This document shows, piece after piece, positions 1 through 10,068 of a stretch of DNA of 64,000 bases; the first letter of the stretch is position 1, and each line of letters opens with the position of its first letter. The position numbers were made by a program, and so were the translations under genes. The notes under the pieces were generated by a model. It ran no database searches. It had not been told where the DNA came from and saw nothing but the letters and a program-made list of their open reading frames with translations. Source of the DNA: Candidatus Poribacteria bacterium. Lineage in GTDB: Bacteria; Poribacteria; WGA-4E; WGA-3G. The DNA is taken from assembly GCA_965197475.1 (NCBI GenBank), contig CBDANF010000003.1, positions 3,488,001-3,552,000 on the forward strand. Direction: 5' to 3'.

Positions 1-604
1 AATTCAGGGACGTATTGACCAGATCCGACGGCAGATTGAGGATACCACATCCGATTATGATCGCGAAAAATTGCAGGAACGCCTTGCAAAACTCGCCGGT
101 GGTGTCGCTGTTATTAATGTCGGTGCAGCAACCGAAGTTGAAATGAAAGAAAAGAAGGCTCGCGTTGAAGACGCAATGCACGCCACACGCGCAGCTGTTG
201 AAGAAGGCATTGTTGTCGGTGGGGGTGTCGCTCTCGTTAGAGCACAAACCGCGCTTGCTGAACTCAAACTTGAAGATGACACCGAGCAGGTCGGTATCTC
301 TATTGTTGCTCGCGCACTTGAAGACCCACTTCGCCAGATCGTTAAAAACGCCGGAAAAGAAGATTCTGTCATTATCGCAAAGGTCAAAGATGATGGCGGG
401 AACATTGGCTATGATGCGCGCGAAGAACGCTTCATCGACATGTTTGAAGCCGGCATCCCCGATCCAACCAAGGTTGTGCGTGTGGCACTTCAAAACGCAG
501 CTAGTATTGCAGCGTTAATGATTACCACCGAAACGATCATCGCTGAAATTCCTGAGAAGGAAGCGGCAGCACCACCTATGCCTCCCGGTGGTGACATGTA
601 CTAA
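1..604 (+). CDS. groEL: Chaperonin GroEL, C-terminal part (5' end outside window)
   Basis: [62 protein letters not shown] and a GGDMY tail. Confidence 0.98.
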   Translation, partial: IQGRIDQIRRQIEDTTSDYDREKLQERLAKLAGGVAVINVGAATEVEMKEKKARVEDAMHATRAAVEEGIVVGGGVALVRAQTALAELKLEDDTEQVGISIVARALEDPLRQIVKNAGKEDSVIIAKVKDDGGNIGYDAREERFIDMFEAGIPDPTKVVRVALQNAASIAALMITTETIIAEIPEKEAAAPPMPPGGDMY

Positions 605-676
605 TCTCAGAGACAATCTCATAAATAGTAAGCAGGCTCAGCCTGCGGGTAGGGTTTATGAGAAAAATCTCGTTAT

Positions 677-714
677 AGAAATCGGGAGGATGTTAATCCT
701 CCCGATTTCTTTTT
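677..714 (+). terminator. Rho-independent terminator of groEL
   Basis: Hairpin AGAAATCGGGAGGAT-GTTA-ATCCTCCCGATTTCT followed by a T-run. Confidence 0.85.
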
Positions 715-797
715 ACTAAGTCCTAAGGAAGTATTTGAAAACTACCAACGAGAAGTGAAACTACATGTGTCTGATAGTTGGATGTATTGGCGAAAAG

Positions 798-960
798 AAT
801 CTGCAGATTTTCAGAATCGCAGATTTTCACAAATTACGCGGATTTCACGGATTTTTGACTTTGACATTTCAAGAGGCATTTAACTGGCAGAACGGCTTGT
901 TGTGTGCTTTTGATGTAATCCGCGAAATCCGATAAATCTGCATAATCCGCGATTCAGACA
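798..960. repeat. Clusters of degenerate AATCCGCG/CGCGGATT short repeats in inverted arrangement (REP-like)
   Basis: gcagattt/gcggattt/acggattt at 798-855 face aatccgcg/aatccgat/aatctgca/aatccgcg at 917-955; the same motif recurs at 12259-12287. Confidence 0.55.
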
Positions 961-1072
961 GAAAAGTGAAGGCTTGCTGAATGAGGTATTGGAGTTCTGA
1001 AAGATTATTGATGTGATGGCATACCATAAGTGATTCGGTTGTATAGGATTGTCGATTGCGTCTCAACTTAAC

Positions 1073-1101
1073 TTGTATTGTAACATACAATGTGTTAGAA
1101 T
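1073..1101 (+). promoter_or_regulatory. Putative sigma70 promoter of the TA operon with overlapping palindromic operator
   Basis: TTGTAT-N17-TAGAAT; inverted repeat TTGTAT-N6-ATACAA (1073-1090) overlaps the -35. Confidence 0.45.
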
Positions 1102-1159
1102 TCAAGTTGAAGGGTTACACAACACGCTCAGCAGAGAATCTTGAATATGGAGATGAGGA

Positions 1160-1531
1160 ATGGATGATACGCGCCAACTGGCGGTAGACACGTACCGTAC
1201 TTCAAGTGGGAAAGAGCCCTTCACGGAATGGTTGGCTTCAATCCGAGATAGAACTACGCGAGGTAGAATCGAAAAGAGAATGGACCGAGTAGAGAATGGG
1301 AATATGGGGGATTATAAACGTATAGGGACTAATCTTTATGAACTACGTCTTGATTTTGGTCCTGGTTACCGTATCTATTTTAACATCTATTTTACAGAAT
1401 CAGATAGCAAGACTATTCTGATTCTGTGTGCTGGTGATAAGTCATCACAAACACGTGATATTGAACGTGCTAAAGAATATTCGTTAGATGCCAAACAAAG
1501 ATATGAGGGATATAATGATGGAACGATTTAG
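1160..1531 (+). CDS. Type II TA RelE/ParE-family toxin (addiction module killer protein)
   Basis: GKEPFTEWL...RI..R..R...GN.GD.K.IG..LYELRLDFGPGYRIYF...ILILCAGDKSSQ.RDI..A signature. Confidence 0.9.
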   Translation: MDDTRQLAVDTYRTSSGKEPFTEWLASIRDRTTRGRIEKRMDRVENGNMGDYKRIGTNLYELRLDFGPGYRIYFNIYFTESDSKTILILCAGDKSSQTRDIERAKEYSLDAKQRYEGYNDGTI

Positions 1532-2351
1532 AACATGGCATGAAATTTTAATGGAACGTCTTTCTGATCCAGAAGATGTTATCGGTTACCTTGAAGTTTC
1601 TCTTGAAGAATATTTAGATGATGGCGACAAGGCATTTTTTCTGAAGGGAATAAAAAATGTAATAGAGGCACAAGGTGGGATTCTTAGCGTTTCAGAACAA
1701 GCTGACATTGATCCGATATTTCTTTCAGACGCTGTAAACAATGGATCCATGCCACCTTTTCATATCCTGAGTTCAATTTTCACATCTTTTGGAGGGGCAT
1801 CTCCCATTAATCTGCCGCCGACAGAAATGATGTCCAATGCAGTGTCACACGGCGCATTACGGACTTCATGTAAAATGGGATCTGAACCAGTTATAGCGGA
1901 AAATTTTACTGAAAGACAATTACAGAATATTAAATACTGGACAGAGCTATGTAAGCATCTAAACCGGCGAGACAGTTATCTACAACGGCCAACGGCTAAT
2001 GCATCTCATTACCGAGATTTGCAGATTGGAATAAAAGGTTTTTCGTTAAGAGCAAGGCAGACTATTAAACACAAGGAAATCAGTGCTTCGTTGGTCATGA
2101 GAGGAACAAATGCAATAGGGCACTTCTACTCTTTAAGGGTGCAGGAAGAAGAAATTGAGAGAGACTTTGGTGACAAATTGGAATGGTGGGCAAGGGCAAA
2201 ATCTGAGAAACGTGTGGCTTTCAGAAATCAAGATGCAGATCCTACCAATGAAAAAGATTGGTATAATCAACACGAATGGTTAGTTGATATGCTTGAAAAA
2301 TTACATGCGGTATTTCATCCGCGACTTGAGAAGCTAATGATGGGGTTGTAG
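1515..2351 (+). CDS. Addiction-module antidote (HTH) fused to a C-terminal DUF4268-like domain
   Basis: N-term E.L.DPE...YL...LEE...D...FL...KNV.EAQGG; C-term YWT.L ... F..L..Q.EEIE..FG..LEW ... W..QHEWL...L..L..VF.PR; overlaps the toxin stop. Confidence 0.75.
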   Translation: MMERFRTWHEILMERLSDPEDVIGYLEVSLEEYLDDGDKAFFLKGIKNVIEAQGGILSVSEQADIDPIFLSDAVNNGSMPPFHILSSIFTSFGGASPINLPPTEMMSNAVSHGALRTSCKMGSEPVIAENFTERQLQNIKYWTELCKHLNRRDSYLQRPTANASHYRDLQIGIKGFSLRARQTIKHKEISASLVMRGTNAIGHFYSLRVQEEEIERDFGDKLEWWARAKSEKRVAFRNQDADPTNEKDWYNQHEWLVDMLEKLHAVFHPRLEKLMMGL

Positions 2352-2791
2352 GTCTTAACGTTCAGCGAGCAAGAGCAGTGGTTCTTGGTCATTAGGAAAT
2401 AAAATAGAGAAATAATTAGCACAAGCTGTTAGACAAAGTAGGTGAATTAGAGGATAAATTCTGGGAAATATCAGTTAAGTAATTTTACAAGTTAAATTTT
2501 GTCCTATGGAAGATAATAACAAATTCTGGCGTGAACTAAAAGCATTGGTGGCTTTCCTGGCAAGCGGGGCTTTTGCGGCGGTCCATAAGCAATTTATGGT
2601 GCCTTCGCCAGAAGTTTCTTGTATTTTTCCTTTGGCAAACCAAATTCACCACTGGGGTCATTTTTCATAGGTGTAGTCCTTCAAGGGGTATTCCTTGTAT
2701 TGTTAGTCAGGATTGCGTGGCATGTATTATTCGAGAAGCAAGAACTTAAGGATGTATCGGAGAAAAAAGACTTGAAGTGAGGTTTAGAGTT

Positions 2792-4138
2792 ATGAAGCGT
2801 TATCCTGAATATAAAGACAGCGGCGTGAAATGGATTGGAGAGATACCAACCCATTGGAGATATAGTCGGCTGAAGTTTCATCTTACTGAAAACTCTGGTG
2901 GTATTTGGGGCGAAGATGATGAATTTGGAAATGGTACTTATGTCCTTCGGTCAACGGAAATCACGATAGATGGTCATTGGGATTTACAGAGATTAATAAA
3001 ACGGGAACTCAACAATGAAGAAACAGAAAGATTTTTGCTGAAGAAAGGTGATTTAGTAATCACAAAATCCAGTGGTAGCCAAGACCATATTGGTAAAACA
3101 GGGCTGGTTAATGAAAGAATTGAGTCTATGTTCGTTTGTTATTCGAACTTTGTTCAAAGACTTCGAACCCAGAATCATATCAACAGCAAATTCCTGCATT
3201 ACTTCATGAACTGTCCTCTTGCAAGAGAACAGTATAAGTATCAAAGTGAAACGACTACTGGGTTAGCTAACCTTAATGCACAATCTATTAACGAATTATT
3301 TATATCAGTACCATCTGAACAAGAACAACGCCAAATTGCAAACTTCCTGGACCGCAAAACCGAACAGATTGACCAACTCATCCGCATCAAAGAAAGACGG
3401 ATAGAACTGCTGCAGGAGCAACGCACCGCACTGATAAATCAAGCAGTGACAAAGGGACTTGACCCAAATGTGGAGATGAAACCGTCGGGCGTGGAGTGGA
3501 TTGCGGAAATACCGAGACATTGGGAAGTCAATAGACTCAAATACGTTGCCAAAATACTACCAAGTAATGTTGATAAACACATTTTTCCAGATGAGATTCA
3601 GGTCAGACTATGCAATTATACGGATGTCTATTACAACGACTATATTACAGTTGATACCGTTTTAGAAAAGGGTAGTTGTAAAGAACGTGAGTTTACGAAA
3701 TTTGCTTTGAGGAAAGGTGATGTTATAATTACCAAAGATTCTGAGACTCCAGATGATATTGGTGTTCCAACATTTGTCAAAGACAATTTGGACAATGTTG
3801 TCTGTGGTTATCATTTAACAATGATTAGACCTTATGCTTGTCGTGGGGGGTTTGTTTTTAGATTCATTCAATCCGATAGGACGAGAAGATATTTTGAGTT
3901 GGAGTCAAATGGAATTACCAGATATGGTTTGGGAAAACCATCAATTGAGAATCTACTCTTACCCATACCTCCTGATTCCGAACAACATCAAATCGCCAAC
4001 TTCCTTGATCGCAAAACCAAACAGATTAACGAACTGATATCCACGGAGCAGCGAAAAATTGAACTTCTCAAAGAATACCGTCAATCCCTCATCTCCGAAG
4101 CAGTGACAGGCAAAATAGATGTCCGAAACGAGGTGTAG
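2792..4138 (+). CDS. hsdS: Type I restriction-modification specificity subunit (orphan)
   Basis: YPEYKDSGVKWIGEIP.HW, two TRDs, repeated EQ.QIANFLDRKT.QI, MKPSGVEWI.EIP.HW, ending LISEAVTGKIDVR. Confidence 0.95.
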   Translation: MKRYPEYKDSGVKWIGEIPTHWRYSRLKFHLTENSGGIWGEDDEFGNGTYVLRSTEITIDGHWDLQRLIKRELNNEETERFLLKKGDLVITKSSGSQDHIGKTGLVNERIESMFVCYSNFVQRLRTQNHINSKFLHYFMNCPLAREQYKYQSETTTGLANLNAQSINELFISVPSEQEQRQIANFLDRKTEQIDQLIRIKERRIELLQEQRTALINQAVTKGLDPNVEMKPSGVEWIAEIPRHWEVNRLKYVAKILPSNVDKHIFPDEIQVRLCNYTDVYYNDYITVDTVLEKGSCKEREFTKFALRKGDVIITKDSETPDDIGVPTFVKDNLDNVVCGYHLTMIRPYACRGGFVFRFIQSDRTRRYFELESNGITRYGLGKPSIENLLLPIPPDSEQHQIANFLDRKTKQINELISTEQRKIELLKEYRQSLISEAVTGKIDVRNEV

Positions 4139-4220
4139 ACCATACCAATGAGGTGTTGGAATTATCCAAACTATGCTGGGTATAGAGACCCGCTCTACAG
4201 TGTCAGAGGGGTGACAACAT

Positions 4221-5399
4221 CTATCCCAAATACACCTCACATGCTTGTAAAACATCCACCACTGCAATCGTCCGCATACAAGGCGATGTCCCATCCGGCA
4301 ACGCCTGACATGCATACTCAAATCCCAAATTAAGGCATGGGCTGCACGGCACAGTCGCCTCAAGACATGTTGACTTATCAGTCCAAGGACCCCATTGCAC
4401 CGAATTCGTCGGTCCGTGAATTGCGATAACTGGTGTTCCCGCCGCCGCCGCAAGATGCATCGGTCCACAATTCCCACTAATGACTAAATCCGCTCTCGCA
4501 AACAACGCTGCGAGTTGATTCACTTGCGTTTGCCCCGCAAGGCAGACCGTCTTACACTTCGTCCGCTCCGTGATCCACTGCGATACCGCCAGTTCATCCG
4601 GCGCACCCGTCAAAATAATTCGCGCACCGTAACGAGCTGCCAATGCATCCGCCAGCGTAACATACCTTTCCTGCGGCCACCGCCGACGCGGTTCACCACG
4701 CCGACCCGCCTCCGGATGCAGTACAACCAACGGATCCACCTGTTTCTGTGCCAACAAATTCTGACACCATTCGCTTTCCATTGCGCCAATCCAAACTGCA
4801 AGGTTTGTATTATCGGCACTGCATCCCAATTCATGCGCAATGCTTAGAAAATTAAGAACTTCGTGCTTTCCTTGAATATGCGGGACAACATCGGTAAACA
4901 GGTAGTGTCGGTATTGATGAGCATCACTGAATCCGACAAGGCGAGGTGCCCCCGTAGCATAAGCGAGGATCACACTAAACCGCGACCAATGCTCCAGATC
5001 AATCACCCAATCAAAATGCTCCTGACGAAGCATCCGAATTAATTGGTAGAAAGGGTAACGGAACAGGATCCGCCGGTCAATGTAGGGACACCGTTCCAAA
5101 TATGAGAGATTTGTCGGTGAAGCCAAGAACGATAGTTCTGCTTGTGGAAAGCTTTGGCGCAAGGCACGGACGGTGGGAATCGCCAAGATTGTGTCACCCA
5201 ACGCGGAGAGTTGAATGAACAGAATCTTTTTAGGAGGGACTGTAGAAAAGCCGGTTTCGCTATCAGAACCTAATCCTTGATTTCGCGACTTAACTTTCCT
5301 ATCCAGAAAAGTTCTAACAATTTTAATTAAAGATAGCAATATGCTGATCGGAATGCCGACATATCGGTCAAGGAATTTTTGGAGTTGGTTCGACTGCAT
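4221..5399 (-). CDS. Glycosyltransferase family 9 (LPS heptosyltransferase-like)
   Basis: ILFIQLSALGDTILAIP, RRWP.E.Y..LA, DLVISGNCGPMHLAAAAGTPVIAIHGPT. Confidence 0.92.
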   Translation of the reverse strand: MQSNQLQKFLDRYVGIPISILLSLIKIVRTFLDRKVKSRNQGLGSDSETGFSTVPPKKILFIQLSALGDTILAIPTVRALRQSFPQAELSFLASPTNLSYLERCPYIDRRILFRYPFYQLIRMLRQEHFDWVIDLEHWSRFSVILAYATGAPRLVGFSDAHQYRHYLFTDVVPHIQGKHEVLNFLSIAHELGCSADNTNLAVWIGAMESEWCQNLLAQKQVDPLVVLHPEAGRRGEPRRRWPQERYVTLADALAARYGARIILTGAPDELAVSQWITERTKCKTVCLAGQTQVNQLAALFARADLVISGNCGPMHLAAAAGTPVIAIHGPTNSVQWGPWTDKSTCLEATVPCSPCLNLGFEYACQALPDGTSPCMRTIAVVDVLQACEVYLG

Positions 5400-5413
5400 T
5401 CAACACAAAACCA

Positions 5414-6784
5414 TTAAGGTAGCGGCACTGCCTTGGATTTATCCCCAATCCGCCGCATCGTAATATCTTGTTCAACCGTGGGGTCAGGCAGCCCTGTTTC
5501 AGCCAACCGAAGCTTCAAAAAGGCATCCATATCATTTCTCAATTGCGCTACAACATCATCCGCTTCCTCTGCCAAACTGTAAATCTCATCAGGGTCTTCC
5601 TCAAGATCGTAGAGTTCAATATCGGGTGTGCCGTAAACGGTAGGTGTGCCACCAGTCTCCACAATCAGTTTCCATTTTCGTGTCTGCCATCCGCGCTTTT
5701 TCATCCAACCGCATTCTGTCAGGTAGATCGCATCACACGAACCGTCATCTTTGCCATTTTCAACCAAAGCGCGGATACTTGCACCTTCCATCTCTTCTCG
5801 TTCCGCCAGCACGCTTTGTCCAGCATAATCCAGAACAGTTGGGGCAATATCCTTTAGTGACACCAATCCATCAAGCCGTTGTTCTTTCGGAATAACCGCA
5901 GGACAGTGTAGTACCAACGGAATGTGACAATTTGTCTGATACAACCCGTGGTGATCATACCAAAGTTCGTGTTCATCAAGTTCCTCACCGTGGTCAGCCG
6001 TAATAACCAAAAGTGTCTCTTCCATTAGTCCGCAATCGCGCAGATATTGGAAAAGTTGCGATAGAGACGCATCCATATAAGCAATTGAAGCGTCATATAG
6101 CGAATTCACATATCTACGGTCTGTCCAGAGACGTTTTTTCGCGATGTTGTCAGGATCATCCGGATCCGGCTTACACATCCACTGCCGAAAATAATCTGTA
6201 AACGGTTCGCAGGCGTAAACAGCATCCATGCTCCGATTGTTCGGATCGCATTCATCTCCGCTGTAAAACATCCGCTCAAATGGAAGCGGTGGCAGGTAAG
6301 GCGTGTGCGGATCCCAATAGTGCAGAAACGCAAACCACGGCTTATCCTGCGATTGCGCGAGTTCCAACACCTCTATTGCTGTTTGATTCACAGCTTCTGC
6401 TTTCCGTGCACTACGGTAACGTGTCTTCCACTGATAGCCGCGATATTGATTGTCCGGAAAACCGCGTTGAAACCAACGCCCCAAATTGTCCGCAGCCACA
6501 GTAAAGTATCCTGCTTCGCTTAGCAATTCTGGAAGCGTTTTGATGTTCTCAGAAAGGTTTAAACGCCCACCTTGCGTGATAATTTGGTGAGTCAGCACAT
6601 CTTTCCCAGTGAACATCGTCGTATGTGCCGGATGCGTCGGGATATGTGGACTAATACAACTTTCAAATAGGGTAGCATCCGCAACCAATGCGTCAAGATG
6701 TGGTGTTGTCAGGTGAGTATGCCCATAACAACTCATGCTTGACGCACGGAGCGTATCTAATGAAAAAAGGATGATATTACGCAA
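5414..6784 (-). CDS. Sulfatase/alkaline-phosphatase superfamily hydrolase with atypical TxPxH active-site motif
   Basis: NIILFSLDTLRA, PTHPAHTTMFTG, HYWDPHTPY, ITADHGE, DHHGLY, ELYDL..DP.E. Confidence 0.88.
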   Translation of the reverse strand: MRNIILFSLDTLRASSMSCYGHTHLTTPHLDALVADATLFESCISPHIPTHPAHTTMFTGKDVLTHQIITQGGRLNLSENIKTLPELLSEAGYFTVAADNLGRWFQRGFPDNQYRGYQWKTRYRSARKAEAVNQTAIEVLELAQSQDKPWFAFLHYWDPHTPYLPPLPFERMFYSGDECDPNNRSMDAVYACEPFTDYFRQWMCKPDPDDPDNIAKKRLWTDRRYVNSLYDASIAYMDASLSQLFQYLRDCGLMEETLLVITADHGEELDEHELWYDHHGLYQTNCHIPLVLHCPAVIPKEQRLDGLVSLKDIAPTVLDYAGQSVLAEREEMEGASIRALVENGKDDGSCDAIYLTECGWMKKRGWQTRKWKLIVETGGTPTVYGTPDIELYDLEEDPDEIYSLAEEADDVVAQLRNDMDAFLKLRLAETGLPDPTVEQDITMRRIGDKSKAVPLP

Positions 6785-6842
6785 AACTCTCCTCCGCTAC
6801 AATATAGCAGCGTCAATAAGTTGAAGTGATGTCTGCATTGTC

Positions 6843-7988
6843 TTAATCTGCTGCAGCTGCATCTACTGCTGCAACTTGTGCGCTTTGGATGGCTTCAGCC
6901 AGATAAGTAATTCCTTCTGAAATGTCATCTACATGGCAATATGCATACGCTAACCGAATCGCTTTCACCGGATTGCCTGCATAATGGAAGGCACTACCGT
7001 TGCTATAGCCTACACCTTTCGCCGATGCCAACTCATTTAACTTATTCAGATCGGTCGATTCCGGTAGGTCTATCCAGAGGAAAAGTCCACCGCGCGGCTT
7101 TGTCCACGTACAGAAGTCACTAACATGTTCTTCAAGCGTGTCTATTACAGCTTGACATTTAGCACCGACAGCAGTATTTGTCTTTTCAAGGTGTGCCTCA
7201 AGATGTTCCATGAAAAACTCTGCCACGATAGCACTCGCAAGCGCGCTCGTTCCACCATCCCAACGGTTGTGGTGAACCATCCCATAATACGGTTGTTTAG
7301 CAACGAAATATCCTTGTCGCACCCCAGCTCCCAAAATTTTTGAGAATGTTGCAATGAAAATAACACGGTTTGATGTATCTAACTTAAACAGTGATGCGGG
7401 TGTCGGGTTGGGCACAAAATCAATGTCACCGTAGCAATCATCTTCTACAATCAGTGTGTCGTATTCTTCTGTCAATTCCAACATGCGGTGCCGTCGTTCA
7501 AGCGACAAAATCGCACCAGTCGGGTTTTGGTGGTTAGAGGTTGTGTAGATCAGAGAAGGCATGACATTTTGACGCTTAAGTTCTTTTAGCTTATCCTCCA
7601 GCGCGTCCATATTCATTCCGTCTATATAATCCATCGGTACCCCGACGATATTTGCCTTAAGATGCCGCATAATACCGAGTGTGCCGCTATAGGTAAATTC
7701 CTCCGTTAACACCGTATCGCCCGGTTTAATAAATGTCCCCAACACCAATTCCAGTGCCTGCATTGACCCTGAGGTAATTGAGGTATTATCTACTGGGAGT
7801 GGAACACCTTCTCGACGTTCAAAACGCATTGATGCCAGTTCACGCAATCCACGATAGCCAGATTCACCGGGATAATTAACCAATTGACCACCCAATTTTC
7901 GCAGGGCCTTTGCACTTGCTTCAATCAAAGCCTCTGTCGGAAACGTGTAAGGGTCGGGTCTGCCCCCTGTAAACGCAAAATCTTTCAT
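6843..7988 (-). CDS. PLP-dependent aminotransferase (MocR/LysN-like, class I/II)
   Basis: ITSGSMQAL, HQNPTG, IVEDDCY, TFSKILGAGVRQG, P.GGLFLW. Confidence 0.9.
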   Translation of the reverse strand: MKDFAFTGGRPDPYTFPTEALIEASAKALRKLGGQLVNYPGESGYRGLRELASMRFERREGVPLPVDNTSITSGSMQALELVLGTFIKPGDTVLTEEFTYSGTLGIMRHLKANIVGVPMDYIDGMNMDALEDKLKELKRQNVMPSLIYTTSNHQNPTGAILSLERRHRMLELTEEYDTLIVEDDCYGDIDFVPNPTPASLFKLDTSNRVIFIATFSKILGAGVRQGYFVAKQPYYGMVHHNRWDGGTSALASAIVAEFFMEHLEAHLEKTNTAVGAKCQAVIDTLEEHVSDFCTWTKPRGGLFLWIDLPESTDLNKLNELASAKGVGYSNGSAFHYAGNPVKAIRLAYAYCHVDDISEGITYLAEAIQSAQVAAVDAAAAD

Positions 7989-8075
7989 TTGGGTTTCCTT
8001 AAAATTCTTGGCAGATTCCATATTGACACTATTATAGCACTATCCCAATAAAAAAACAACCTCAAACCTAACATC

Positions 8076-9452
8076 GGGTGTGTAAAGTTTTTGTACAAAG
8101 ATTATGCGGCTTTTGTGTTTAGATACCAATAACTATCCCAAGCATTATTCTTATACAAACATCGCCACCCAAGTACAGCGTTGATACCCGGTTTCTCCCA
8201 CCTCATAGAAGCCCGTTTACATCTTTGCCCGACAACATGTTTACAGGCACTCTCAATCACACCACTGCCAATCTAATATCCTTTTTCTCTAAACGCTTGA
8301 TACCGCATACGCTTCGCGTGTTTTTCGAAATACTTCGCTTCTCTTTCTAAAATATCCGAAACTTCCGGGTTCTGTGCTCCTAAGGTGCGGATGCGTGCGA
8401 CCATTTCTGTGATGTGGCCATCAAAAAGATGCGGTTCCGTCGCTTTTATCCACGCACCAATCGCTTCTATTTCAGTCTCACCAAATGCGTGTTTGGCAAC
8501 ATCATACAGATGAGATTTGGCCTGCCTGTAATCCACAATCTCAACCGCATTGGGGAAGTATTCATCGGCTAAGTTCCATATCCACGCAGCACCATCGCCA
8601 ATAAACACAATCTCCTGGGTATCTATAGCTTCTTGATAGATACCGCTGTTTGTCGCTAACGCAAACAACTCTTTACCAAAATGTGCCACATCAGGACGAG
8701 ACGCAACATAACGGATACTGGATGTTCTGGCACTCGGTATCGCCCCAGAACCTTGTTGCGGATAATCCCTATAAATACAACCAACTTTTACTTCTTCCCA
8801 ACCATCCAGTGAGTTCGTCCGACAGCCATCACAACTCACATACCATCGCTGATTTTCTACTGGCGGACTTCTATTCCCTGACGAGATAACTCTTCCGACG
8901 CTTCTCTAAAGTCAAGAAGTGCCGCCAAACGACACATCGCCTCAGCAACACGATGCGTCCATTGACCTCGCAACTTCTGTTTGGTATCAAACGGCACATG
9001 ATTATGACCACAAGGACAACGATACACCCAACGTTTTACACGGATAACACCACACAAGGTCGTAATACGCCGCTCTCTTTTACACCACGGACGACACACT
9101 TCCTGATGTTCGGGACATTCAACAGGTTCACCAGACTGTTCACTCGCTTTTTGAGAAATAAATATCTCTAAAAACTTTTGACACCACGAACGAGATGCCT
9201 CAAATACACGAAACTCCGCTTCTTCTAACGGTATACACGGATCGGAAAACATCTCTCCCGCAAAATCGTTGAATTCTTCTACAAACTTCTGAAATACGCC
9301 TTCAAACGCTTTGACTTCACAACGCTCTAATGATATACTAAACATCGGTATCCTCTCCTATTTTGTTCATAATTTATTAGGATAGGATACCATTTTTGGG
9401 TAAAACTTGTAACATCTTTCCAATTCATACCTGTACAAAACTTTACACACCC
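8076..9452 (-). mobile_element. ISKra4-family insertion sequence with terminal inverted repeats
   Basis: IRs GGGTGTGTAAAGTTTTTGTACA (8076-8097) and TGTACAAAACTTTACACACCC (9432-9452) enclose a transposase pseudogene. Confidence 0.85.
8102..9345 (-). pseudogene. ISKra4-family transposase, disrupted (frame break near 8850, in-frame TAG at 8273)
   Basis: Zn-finger-like CxxH..C/RCPCGH N-terminus; DG, W.EVKVG, GDGAAWIW, EIVD; after the stop the frame reads IGSGVIESACKHVVGQRCKRASMRW. Confidence 0.85.
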
Positions 9453-9740
9453 TTTTTCATTCGGAATAAGTAGTTTTGGACATAAGAAAAACAGCATAAA
9501 ATCAGACATAGACTGACATCGTAAGGGCTTCCTGACGAGGAAGATAATTGTTAGACCATTTCTTTTGATGGGAATTGGTTATAGATTGTGTTTAATCTTA
9601 AGTAGATAATTTTCAATAATCATCATAATTAAACGCGATTCTATCACGTTTTGTCCTGCTTTTATTTCGTTGAGCAGGAACTGATTATTTTGGTTATACA
9701 TAACTATCACCTCCTTTTATTTGAGTTAAAAGAGGTGGTC

Positions 9741-9814
9741 TAACAATCGCTTAACAATCGCTTAACAATCGCTTAACAATCGCTTAACAATTGCTTAACA
9801 ATCGCTTAACAATT
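9741..9814. repeat. Tandem repeat, 11-bp unit TAACAATCGCT, about 6.6 copies
   Basis: Read directly; the fifth copy is TAACAATTGCT. Confidence 0.95.
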
Positions 9815-9888
9815 AAAGCATTAAAAAGGAAGTTAATCAAGAAAAAGTAGAAAAGTGCTGTAAATGTAGATGGTTATTGACTTTTTCC

Positions 9889-9917
9889 TTGATTTAAATG
9901 GTAAGAAATGGTATAAT
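9889..9917 (+). promoter_or_regulatory. Putative sigma70 promoter of the IS1595 transposase
   Basis: TTGATT-N17-TATAAT with TG extended -10. Confidence 0.6.
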
Positions 9918-10068
9918 ATAGGCAAGAAAATAGGGGGCGGACACCCCCTATTGAACCGAAAAAGCGGAGTTGCTTTTTCTAAGTTCTATCTTATCTATAT
10001 CATATTAAGATAGTATAGCACAATCTTTCAGAATAAAGCAACTCCTTTTGACATATAGGAGTATTCTG

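Noticed and set aside
55-518. Alternative-frame and antisense ORFs over groEL (and similar shadow ORFs throughout)
   Set aside because: They overlap well-supported genes and lack motifs.
9741-9814. Possible CRISPR array
   Set aside because: 11-bp units are directly tandem with no spacers, and there are no cas genes in the window.
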